DNA of 57,635 bases, counting the filler, from Bipalium vagum (Eukaryota): assembly GCA_037834085.1 (NCBI GenBank). It is 3 parts of 3 records of this genome, joined end to end, with 100 filler letters (N's around TTAATTAATTAA, not from the genome) between each part and the next. Parts side by side here need not be neighbours in the genome. Positions count along the whole stretch, not along the records: positions 1 to 19,572 come from JBBMKC010270109.1; positions 19,673 to 35,698 come from JBBMKC010131510.1; 1 more part is not named here. One strand, 5' to 3'. A model generated the notes under the pieces. That model ran no database searches. It worked only from the letters and a program-made list of their open reading frames with translations, and had not been told where the DNA came from. Both the position numbers and the translations under genes were made by a program. Within the stretch, counting starts at the first letter, position 1. Each line of letters begins with the position of its first letter. Shown here piece by piece: positions 15,194 to 24,828 of the stretch.

Positions 15194-16296
15194 TATAGTT
15201 TGTCGAGAGTTCGGTTTATTCCTTAATTAATTAACTTCTGTTTCTGTCCCTAATCATATACAATGTCTTTGTAACAGTTCCTATTAATAAGTCATTATTT
15301 ACTTATTTTTAATTTGACTTTGCATATTAATTATATCCTCTTGAGTTTTAAAGACCGAACTCGGTCTCGAACAGGCAAAATAAACAAACTTATTTTCTAA
15401 TTATTTGAAATAACAAAGTGACATTTATTGATTTTTTTTATTTTTCAAATTTTTATTATGATTAGAATTTGTGATGATCTTATATTTAAATTTATACTGA
15501 TATAATTAAGGATCTTCATCTTGTATTAAGAAAAGATAGAAATAAAAAAAATTAAATAATATAATATTAATATTAATATTCCTAAATTATAATTAATCAT
15601 ATAATTTTAATACATATGATAAATAATAATTTCATAAAAAAAATTATACGTAGAATTTTACCTTTGTAAGAAGGATTCTTTATAAGGATTCCTTCTCGAT
15701 ATGGTTTATGCATATTTAATTCCAGCTTCATTGTAAAAAATTATTATTAATGATGAGGATGCGTTCAAGAAATTATTTATTTGTAGCCACTATAATGTGA
15801 ATTATTTACTTTTCTGAAAATAGTAATAATAATAATAAAAAAATAATTTAAAAAAAAGGATGATAGATTAAGGCAGAAAATGATAATTTAAATAACAAAG
15901 TTTGTTACGAGTTACAATTTCAAAATATGAAATTAAACAAAATTGTTAATCTTATTTAAATGTAAATAAAATAATTAAATTTATTTATTTTCATTTTTGC
16001 AACAAAAGTTTTGAATGACATTCGATTCGAACTTGTAAAAACGACAGTCCCTTTATTATCACTATTTCTATTCAGTGAACCACCAGTATAAAATTGATAT
16101 TTTTATGGTACAAAAGATGTCGAAGAAAAGAAAACATAATTTCCTACCAAACCTAATAAGAATTTATCATATGGTCCTAATCATATTAAAAAGTTAATAT
16201 TATAATAATTAGGACTTCCTTGTCAGTTATTGTCTAATTTATTCAACAAATATATATTCACAAAAATGCCAAAAGTTTTTGATTACAAATCTTGTC

Positions 16297-16365
16297 TGAT
16301 CATTATCTGATCATTGTGATCATCTCACTAATCACCATATATTATAAAATGATCAATGTATAAAA
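16297..16365 (+). promoter_or_regulatory. Cluster of four TGATCA palindromes with TATA-like motifs upstream of the LRR-Ig ORF
   Basis: TGATCA at 16297, 16308, 16317 and 16350; TATAAAA near 16343 and 16359. Function inferred only. Confidence 0.3.
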
Positions 16366-16431
16366 ATTAGTATTTTCTTCGAATTCTTTCAGTTCTTTGT
16401 TCTTTTGAACTGTGATTTTTATTTACTTTGA

Positions 16432-18009
16432 ATGTTCTCAAATACAATTGCATTAACCATTATTATTTTTACGTTTTCAGTGTCAAGAATCCAATCCAAA
16501 CATACCAGGATCTGCAGCATCCTATTTATCATCCTAAATATCTCATTGATAAAAACAGTTTACAATGACTGTCCAAAAATTTGCAGTGTTTGTTTACCAA
16601 AAGTGATCATTTGTGAAAATGGTGGATATTCGGAATTTCCCACCAAATTCCAGAGCGAAACTGAAAACATCAGCCTCGTGGGTCAGCTTTTCACGAGCAA
16701 CATCCTTTCTCCAACCAACATGTCCGGTGCCGTTTTTCCCATCAGGCTCCGATATTTGGCAATCCGATCAAGCAGTATTCATGAGATTTTGAGTCGCACA
16801 TTTTCCGGATTTAGTGTTTTGGAAATTTTAGATTTGTCAGAAAATCAAATATTAAGTATTCATAATTTTGCCTTTGAAGATCTAACCCTAAACACATTGA
16901 AATTAAACGATATTGGAAAATTGAAACTGTTTCCCTACTCCTTCTCCAAGCTGACTGTCACGAATCTCTCGATAAAAAGCTCCCATTTGAGCTATTTGGA
17001 CCATTTCGTATTTGCAGGCATCGACCTCTCGAAATTAGAATATCTCTATTTATCGAACAACAACTTTCGAACTATTGATCAAAAATTCCTCCCCATCATC
17101 AAACAATTGAAGGAAATTGATTTTTATGGAAATCCCATTGTTTGCAACTGTTCATTAATGTGGTTGAAAAAGCTCTCTTTTTCCAAAATTATTTACCCTA
17201 AATGTGTCAGTCCGAGCAATTTGCGTTCAAAGTTCCTATCGGAAATCGATGAATCTGAATTCAAGTGCGATCCTCCAAAAATAACTGAAATCAGAGTTCA
17301 ATTTCTGTCACACCAGACAGCCGAACTGTTTTGCACCGTAGATCCAAAGGCTTCGAAAACCGGTCACATCCATGTTTCATGGACGAACAATTATCGCGGC
17401 GACCAAATTCCAGAAGCACAGAAATCGAAATCGCTGTTTGCTATCATTAAAATCAACAAGTCTCTATCCAATGTCAATTCGGTTTATAAATGTATCGCGG
17501 AAAATAACATCGGAAAATCGACGATAATTGTCTCTCTAAATTGGCCCTATAAATGGAATTCATACAAATCCAATTTATCCCTTTCCAACGAATTTTCTCC
17601 TGATTACGAGAACATTTCCTGGACCAGCTCATTTTACTTCAAAAACCGTTACACATTGGTAGAACTGGTGGTAGCAATTATCAGTACGTTCATCACAACA
17701 ATTTTGCTGTTCTTGATTGCTTATAAAATCTGTATAAAACACTCCGCATGTATTGGTCTTTCTGATAAACTATTTATCAATCACCAGAAACTCATATCTC
17801 GACAGAAAGGCCTATCGACCGGATATCCTTCATTGCGCTTCAATGCAACTGAAAACGGTTTTCATACAGCAGAATCAACTAGTCAGACATACGACTGTAT
17901 TTCTATCAACAATGCCTTGTATCCTCATCAAATATCCAATTCTCTTTCAGGCCCTTTTCTCGACTACAAAACACAAGAAAGAGTCTATTCCCCTAAACTT
18001 GTTGAATAA
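16432..18009 (+). CDS. Leucine-rich-repeat + Ig domain single-pass transmembrane protein (LIG family; Kekkon/LRIT/AMIGO-like architecture)
   Basis: 525-aa ORF: LRRNT (CPKICSVCLPKVIIC), LRRs (LEILDLSENQI, LEYLYLSNNNF), LRRCT (NPIVCNCSLMWL...PKCVSP...FKC), one Ig domain (ELFC...VSW...YKCIAENNIG), TM helix (LVVAIISTFITTILLFLIAY), then a cytoplasmic tail. The true N-terminus may come from an upstream exon (acceptor-like ttttcag ending at 16480). Confidence 0.92.
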   Translation: MFSNTIALTIIIFTFSVSRIQSKHTRICSILFIILNISLIKTVYNDCPKICSVCLPKVIICENGGYSEFPTKFQSETENISLVGQLFTSNILSPTNMSGAVFPIRLRYLAIRSSSIHEILSRTFSGFSVLEILDLSENQILSIHNFAFEDLTLNTLKLNDIGKLKLFPYSFSKLTVTNLSIKSSHLSYLDHFVFAGIDLSKLEYLYLSNNNFRTIDQKFLPIIKQLKEIDFYGNPIVCNCSLMWLKKLSFSKIIYPKCVSPSNLRSKFLSEIDESEFKCDPPKITEIRVQFLSHQTAELFCTVDPKASKTGHIHVSWTNNYRGDQIPEAQKSKSLFAIIKINKSLSNVNSVYKCIAENNIGKSTIIVSLNWPYKWNSYKSNLSLSNEFSPDYENISWTSSFYFKNRYTLVELVVAIISTFITTILLFLIAYKICIKHSACIGLSDKLFINHQKLISRQKGLSTGYPSLRFNATENGFHTAESTSQTYDCISINNALYPHQISNSLSGPFLDYKTQERVYSPKLVE

Positions 18010-19572
18010 TTCAATCATTATATATTTTAATTATCATCAACATTTATTGACTGTTTATTATCAGACATCGATTTTGTTATTAATTGTAAATATTGTCATA
18101 ATTGTTTTATAATACACATTATATTATATTTTTTAAAAATAGTTTTGAAAATTTACAATCTTTTCCATTTCATATTAATCTTGAACTATTGGATTTAATT
18201 GATGAATTTGACGTTTGAATATATATTGTATATATTATTATATTTTATTTAATATTGTTGAGTATTAAATAGCATTACAAATTTATACACAATTAATAAA
18301 ATAACGTTTTGATGTACATTGTCTATTAATTCACGTTCAAAGTTCCTATCTGAAATTGATGAAAAAAGACAACTAGATTTTTTTTGTAATATTACACACA
18401 TTCATTTGTGTATAGCACACCTAGGGCAGAAGAAAAATATAATTACCTCAAAGCCTTCTTTTGTTATTCGTGTCTAAATTTGTAAAGCTTCCAGAGACAT
18501 TCATAACAGTCTTTAAACCTAATGAATTTACGAAACTTATATAATTTGAATTAAAATCTTCATTTCAATTAAGATTTTTTATTTTTTCCACGTTTTCCCA
18601 GTCTGTTTAAATTTTCCTTTTCATTAAGTATCATTTTATTGAATTTTTATAGGAATTTATTTTTTATAAAAAAAGTATTTCCTATAAAACTGGAGTTAAA
18701 ATGTAATTTAGGAACAATTACAAAATGTTCACTTAACAAATCTGGAACCAATTTGTTTGTTTAAAGAAATTTTATTTTTAGGAGAGATTCAATTTTTTAT
18801 GGTTCATTTTGATTTTTGATTGAGAACATTATTGTAACAGAAGGCCTTCCTAATAGTGATTTTCCAGGAATTGTAATACTAAGAGTGAAAATAAGTCCCT
18901 CAAGTGAGGAATATTTTAAACATTTTCCACCTTTACCTTTGACGTAAAAGCTTGGCATAAATGTCTTGAAAATATTTCACAATTGATCAAACTTTTTATT
19001 AATAAATCACTTGTATTTTGAATAGTTTGTTAACACATTCAACTGTTGACTATTCAGTTAATTTATTGTGCTCATTGATTTAGCTTTATATTGTGATCGT
19101 TGATCTGTTCGATTGTGTATAGGCATTTGAATACAATAAAATCTCTATGGAGTTGTTCTTTGTTATATTGATCTTGTTATTATATTGATTTTCTCTTTGT
19201 GGTCTACTGTATATTTAATAATGGGATCAATGTTCATTGAAAAAAAAATTCAATCAACCATTAGGATCTTTCATAATTACCTGTACAAATAAACATGAAT
19301 TTAATTTGATTTAAACAAATTTGATGTAAAATAATATCTTTAATAATAAAATCAATGATATATTCATTATAAATTTCTTTGTAGATAAATTTGGAACACA
19401 ATGTATAAAAATTATAGATAATTATATACAACAACTGTTTCATAAGACTTCCTTTAAAATATTTTTGATAATTATTTCTTTAAAAAGTAAATGATAATTT
19501 TTTCATAATTATCTCCACGATATGCCATTTGATTCTTTAAATTTTTTTAGACTACATGTATGTGCTTCTTAT

Positions 19573-19672
19573 NNNNNNNNNNNNNNNNNNNNNNNNNNNN
19601 NNNNNNNNNNNNNNNNTTAATTAATTAANNNNNNNNNNNNNNNNNNNNNNNNNNNNNNNNNNNNNNNNNNNN
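19573..19672. other. Artificial assembly spacer (N44-TTAATTAATTAA-N44)
   Basis: Exactly 100 bp with a six-frame-stop 12-mer in the centre; identical to the spacer at 35699. Confidence 0.97.
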
Positions 19673-19783
19673 AAATAATAATAATATTGATAATAATAAT
19701 AATTATTATAAAATAATAATTATTACTTAATTAGTTATAAAGTACATCCAAATAAAAAAGGGCAATTATTTATTTCTAAAAAA

Positions 19784-19946
19784 GATCTAATCTTGACAAT
19801 GGCGAACCCAAATTGCCAAGACTAGATCAGGGTCCGCAAAGAGGGACCGATTTGGTAATTAATTATTTTTTTAAGGGATCTAATCTTGACAATGGCTAAC
19901 CTAAATTGCCAAGATTAGATCAGGGTCCGCAAGGAGGGACCGATTT
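19784..19946. repeat. Two 70-bp direct repeats (93-bp period), each containing inverted repeats
   Basis: 19784-19853 vs 19877-19946 match at 66/70; each has a 17-bp stem GATCTAATCTTGACAAT/ATTGCCAAGA(C/T)TAGATC and a GGTCC...GGACC stem. Confidence 0.95.
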
Positions 19947-20086
19947 AGAATTATCGGTCTAAAAAGGGAATTATACTCACCAATGATAAAGCTGGTCTAC
20001 GATTGATTGATCGTCAGATCAGAATAGTATATAAAGAGTTGGAATCCTCAGTGAATTGCCACAGAATTGAGATCGAGACTATTGTT

Positions 20087-20161
20087 AATTTTGATTGTTA
20101 GAAGAATTATTTTTGATTGTCGGAAGAATTATTTTTGAACGTCGGAAGAATTATTTTGATT
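20087..20161 (+). repeat. ~21-bp tandem repeat (GAAGAATTATTTT(T)GA) x3
   Basis: Three consecutive gaagaattatttt copies downstream of the TATA box. Confidence 0.85.
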
Positions 20162-22074
20162 ATTGCCAGGAAGAGGACCATTGTCATTATTGCAGTAATT
20201 CTTATTGATGCCCTTTATGCGACAGGAGCACACGACGGGTCCTGTGTGGTTAGGGGGTTTCTGAGCGGACCGGTTTGGGCTCAGCTAACCACCCTTTTGA
20301 CCTGTCGTCACAAGTGGTGAGCATATATAAATTTTTATTCATTTTTTTTGTTCTTTTAATTAATACACTTATTTGATCTTAACATTTAATTATTTAATTA
20401 TTGATTATTACTATTTGATTTTTCAATGTAATAAATTTGATTTTTCTTTAAAGACATTTGATTGCAGACATTTTACTGATTATTTGAAATATTTGTTGTA
20501 TTGTTATTTTTACAATAAAGTGTTGTTTATAGTTGTTTGATTCATTTAATTGCGTACACGTATAGGAAGAAGTGAAGGGGTCAGTAACGTTTCGAGCCAA
20601 GGTTACGATAGGGTTCATAGTGAAATAATATTGTAACACTTGTAATCAACAATGTTCAGAGCAGCCATCAGTATTGTTGGGTCTGCTAAAAGTAAGACCA
20701 TCGAAGACCGTAATAGGGTCTGAATGTTAAAATAATAGTAATTTATTATTATAAAAAAATATTACTAATTAAAAAAATTGGAAGACTTAATTAATATTAA
20801 TAATTCTATAGTAATAAAAATAATTTAATCTCATCGAGATTATGTCAGACCGCAGTTAGAGGAAGAGAATTATTAACTATTTTTTGATTTTTTAGGAATA
20901 GTATTTCTCATATGTAGAGATTGGAGGCCGTTGGCCAATCTCTTTATAAGACGAAGTCCTTTAGAAAATTTAGGGGGCAAAGTTGTGCACACTATACCAT
21001 GTCAGAGTACTTTTGCAACATGCCAATTTTCCAGACCATATTTTGCGAAAGATGCAGCACAAAATTAAAAGACCTTCGGGGCATTGAAGTCTTTCCTCAG
21101 CTCTGACCAACCTCCCCTGTTTCCTTTAAAGATATTTCACATCTGATGAACATTTAAAAACTGCACTACCATATTTCTTTGCCTCAAAATCAACACGTTA
21201 TAAAACTACTGTTTTTACATTAAGCAATTAACCGAAAATGGTGTATTGTACTTTGGGAAGAAAGTGATTTCTCTTTTTTATGTAATTGAATTTATTAAAA
21301 AAATACTTTAAAAATCTTTATTTTTAATTTATATCTATATATTTCTATTTATTTTTACACTTGTTATATTTGATAAATCGAATTTTATAAATTATCCATT
21401 AAAAAACTATGAAAAAATTTTTTCAAAACCCTTAATAATTAAAGCAAAAACGTTATTTCATGATCAATTACCCAACAATATTAATATACATAATGAGGAT
21501 ATTTTTCGGGACTTGATATTCAATTACATTGTAATATTATTATTTAATGTTTTACTATCTTCGCAACTTGTATCGATCGTACATTTGAGAGCAAACTATA
21601 CTGACTGATTAATAATCGTAATAAAATATGATTAAGTTATTTTCTTGCCTTTATTGAATGGATTGTAGAAGAATACAACCAGGTTAGAAAAGTAACCAAA
21701 TTGCTGATTCGGTTAATAAGTATTAACATACATAAAATGTACATTGATTATTAATAATAAAAAGTTTTCATTTATCTGACACATTACAGTTCTCAGCTGA
21801 ATTTCTAGACATTTTACATTGTAATTAGCTCAAATGTCCTATGAAAACCCAAAGGACAAGTATAATATTTTTGAAATTGTAAAATGGTTGAAACATTTCT
21901 AGCTGTAATTTCATTGGTCATTTTATGAATCAATCATTGGTCAGCATTAACTAGTAATAAAAGCCTAATCGTTCCTAATCAACGTTACTGCACGTTTTTT
22001 CCAATGTAATACTGTGATTTACTTTTAATTGTTATTACTATTAACTATTATTATTTTTATTTGGATTTTAGATA

Positions 22075-24828
22075 ATGATTACCATAACCAAATGGCATTT
22101 ATTTGTTATTTCAATGTCACTATTGTTCAACAGTTACGAAATGGAATCTATAATGAACCTTAGTGTCAATGAAGAAGTTCCTATAGGTTTTGTTATTGGT
22201 AATATCAAGGAGTTTGTGATAACTCATTTCGACGAAATGCCCAATTATGAAGTGACATATGTAAATAATTATTTTTCTGTTCGTCCAAATAAAGATGTCG
22301 TAATGAAGAAAGTGATTGATTCAGAAAGAATTTGCTTGGATGATCAAAAATGTTGTGATGTGGCTCCCTGTATTCTGGACTCGACAGTTTATATTACTTC
22401 TACCAGTTCGGTAATAATTACATTCAAAATTTCAGTGGAAATCAAAGACATAGATGATAACTATCACTTTTTCAGAAACAAAACTCAATCGGTTTCCATA
22501 CAGGAAAACATGAAAGTAAACATGAATGTCTATGTTACTTTGGAAGGGGCTATGGACAATGATGTCAGTTTACAGAATAAAGTTCATCGATATTATTTAA
22601 CGGAACCTACAAATACTTTTCAACTGGATAACATGGATCGGGAAATGTTGAAGCTTTATTTACAGAAACCCGTAGATTATGAAAAGAAAAACTTGTACAT
22701 GGCTACATTGTCGGCTTGTGATTCAAGAAATAATTGCACTGTCCAAACTTTAATAATTAATATTGTGGACGAGAACGATAATTTTCCCAAATTCGAAAAA
22801 CCAAAATATCATATAGAAATCAACGAGAGCGTGGAAATAAGATCCGTGATTTTAAAAGTTCGAGCAGTTGACCTTGACGGTCCGCGATATAATAAAACAA
22901 AATACAAAATGTATACAAATTTAGATCAAGGAATATCGGGAACTTTTAAAATTGATCTTTGGACAGGGAACATTATTTTAATAAAAAAATTATCGGCATC
23001 ATCGAAAGCTAATTATCGATTTAAAGTCACGGCTTTTGATGCTGAGATGCCACTTTCAAGTAGTAATATGGATGTAACAGAAGTGGTCATAGATGTTATT
23101 GATCTGAACGATCACAAGCCCGTAATTGAAACGATTATTACAAAAAAGGTGTCGGAACAGGGTCGCTTGGTGAGGGTAAATATAAAGGAAAATGAGCCGC
23201 CACAAAAATTGATTACGATGAAAGTTAGTGACCTTGACGTTGGAGACAATGCCAAAGTCGAGTGTATGTTGAAAGAGCCAAATGCTGCACTTGATCTGAG
23301 ATATTTGAATCATGGTTTTTATGAGTTATGGTCTTCAGTAAAATTTGACTGTGAAAAAGAATTCATTATTCGAACGATATTTGATTGTCAAGACAAAGGT
23401 TTCCCCACTCAATCTGAATATAGAACCATCGACATCAATATTGAAGATGTGAATGAGTATCAACCGGAATTCCAAAATCTAGAGTATATTGTAGATCTCA
23501 AAGAAAATAGTTCTCCCGAAACTCCCGTCGTTCAAGTTCGTGCCACGGACAAAGATAGGAATGCTAAATTAACGTACTCAATTGAAAATAAATTCAAAGA
23601 CTATTTTACAATTAATAATGAAACTGGATCAATTATGACATCAAATTTGTCTTTTGACAGAGAGATAGTAGAAAATCAAGAATTTTATGTATCAGTTACG
23701 GATGACAAGGATAATCCGAAAACAGCACAAACTTTGATCAAAGTGAGAATACTAGACGTAAACGACAATGATCCAACTTTTGTTTTAAGTAGCTTAAAAT
23801 TTTATGTTTTTGAAAATCAACATATTAAAACAAAATTAGATGGTCGGCTCAATGCCACTGACTTGGACAAAGATAGAGAAAATTCCTTTTTTATGTTTAA
23901 GATGATCAGATTATACGACCATATGCTGGTGAGATGTGATCAAAAGGTTTTTACAATTCAAGCTAGTGGAGAAATTGAAACATCTGTACAATTAGATCGT
24001 GAGACGAATCCTAACTATACTATAACAGTAAAGGTTGAAGATAAAGGCAAGCCACCAAGATATTCTATTGCAAATGCCACTGTATATGTTAGAGATTTAA
24101 ATGATAATGCACCGGAATGGCAAGTTCCTCGGCAGAACTATAGAAATAATTTTCAAACTCTTCCTACTCTGAATATATCTGAAAGCCTTAAGAAAAACGC
24201 TTTAATAATGAAGTTAAATGCATATGACAAAGATGAAAGTGAAGCAGGAAGAGTAAGCTATATTCTCTATAATCATCCTGAGAATATGTTTACATTGAAT
24301 GACACAACCGGAGAATTGATTACACTGACATCTCCTTTGAAATACGGCCAATACACGGTGCAAATTAAAGCTAGAGATCATGGAACTCCTTCGAAAGAAA
24401 CTGACTTATGGATTAAAATCAATGTTCTAGACAACGGAAATCTGGCTAATATTAATTTAACAATTATTATCGGACTGATAGCTATTACTGTTCTTATATC
24501 CGTTTTTCTTATTATTGCAATTATATGCGTTCGACGGAGACCACGATTTCAAAAATATCTTAATCCATCAACTGAAGCTCCCAATGACAATTCCAGTCAA
24601 TACTTTAACCACAATCATTGGATTTATCAAACCGAAGATAATCCAATGCCTCAAATCTCTGACAATGAAAGTTTCGTCTTTCTTCCTCAAACTTACTGTA
24701 GTAGTAATCATCCAGATTCAATGAACTGTTCCAGACCTCATTCGAGAATGGAATATCCATTGACTCTCCCGTCGTCAAACAATTTTAATATTATTGACAG
24801 TGTAAGTATATTTCAAAATATTAATTAA
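22075..24828 (+). CDS. Protocadherin with 7 extracellular cadherin repeats (delta-1-like repeat number)
   Basis: 917-aa ORF: signal peptide; Cys-containing EC1 (DSERIC...CC...C); Ca2+ linkers DIDDN, DENDNFP, DLNDHKP, DVNEYQP, DVNDNDP, DLNDNAP plus a 7th repeat; LDRE/FDRE and AxDxD motifs; TM (IIIGLIAITVLISVFLIIAIICV) followed by RRRPR. A GTAAGT donor at 24802 suggests the real CDS continues in a downstream exon. Confidence 0.95.
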   Translation: MITITKWHLFVISMSLLFNSYEMESIMNLSVNEEVPIGFVIGNIKEFVITHFDEMPNYEVTYVNNYFSVRPNKDVVMKKVIDSERICLDDQKCCDVAPCILDSTVYITSTSSVIITFKISVEIKDIDDNYHFFRNKTQSVSIQENMKVNMNVYVTLEGAMDNDVSLQNKVHRYYLTEPTNTFQLDNMDREMLKLYLQKPVDYEKKNLYMATLSACDSRNNCTVQTLIINIVDENDNFPKFEKPKYHIEINESVEIRSVILKVRAVDLDGPRYNKTKYKMYTNLDQGISGTFKIDLWTGNIILIKKLSASSKANYRFKVTAFDAEMPLSSSNMDVTEVVIDVIDLNDHKPVIETIITKKVSEQGRLVRVNIKENEPPQKLITMKVSDLDVGDNAKVECMLKEPNAALDLRYLNHGFYELWSSVKFDCEKEFIIRTIFDCQDKGFPTQSEYRTIDINIEDVNEYQPEFQNLEYIVDLKENSSPETPVVQVRATDKDRNAKLTYSIENKFKDYFTINNETGSIMTSNLSFDREIVENQEFYVSVTDDKDNPKTAQTLIKVRILDVNDNDPTFVLSSLKFYVFENQHIKTKLDGRLNATDLDKDRENSFFMFKMIRLYDHMLVRCDQKVFTIQASGEIETSVQLDRETNPNYTITVKVEDKGKPPRYSIANATVYVRDLNDNAPEWQVPRQNYRNNFQTLPTLNISESLKKNALIMKLNAYDKDESEAGRVSYILYNHPENMFTLNDTTGELITLTSPLKYGQYTVQIKARDHGTPSKETDLWIKINVLDNGNLANINLTIIIGLIAITVLISVFLIIAIICVRRRPRFQKYLNPSTEAPNDNSSQYFNHNHWIYQTEDNPMPQISDNESFVFLPQTYCSSNHPDSMNCSRPHSRMEYPLTLPSSNNFNIIDSVSIFQNIN

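Larger units (their letters stand above)
19673..20323 (+). mobile_element. LTR-like element (5' end lost in the gap), possibly Ty3/Gypsy
   Basis: GC-enriched island with tandem enhancer-like repeats, TATATAAA at 20028, LTR-type end ...TCGTCACA at 20312 and a PBS-like TGGTGAGCA at 20315. No gag/pol seen downstream. Confidence 0.5.

Noticed and set aside
17753-18112. Overlapping ORFs within the two genes (also 23056-23313, 24515-24724)
   Set aside because: Alternate-frame or antisense by-products of real CDSs with no recognisable motifs.
19617-19628. TTAATTAATTAA palindrome (also 35743-35754) as a biological motif
   Set aside because: Centred in identical 100-bp N blocks; an assembly linker.
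19784-19946. CRISPR-like repeat-spacer array
   Set aside because: Only two 70-bp units, a 23-bp AT-rich spacer, eukaryotic context and no cas genes.
20117-20320. 67-aa ORF inside the LTR-like element
   Set aside because: Non-ATG start, built partly from tandem repeats, no domain similarity.
20575-20625. Penelope-type minimal hammerhead on the minus strand (CGAAACGTTA)
   Set aside because: The upstream core reads CTATGA rather than CTGANGA, and stems I and II do not pair convincingly.
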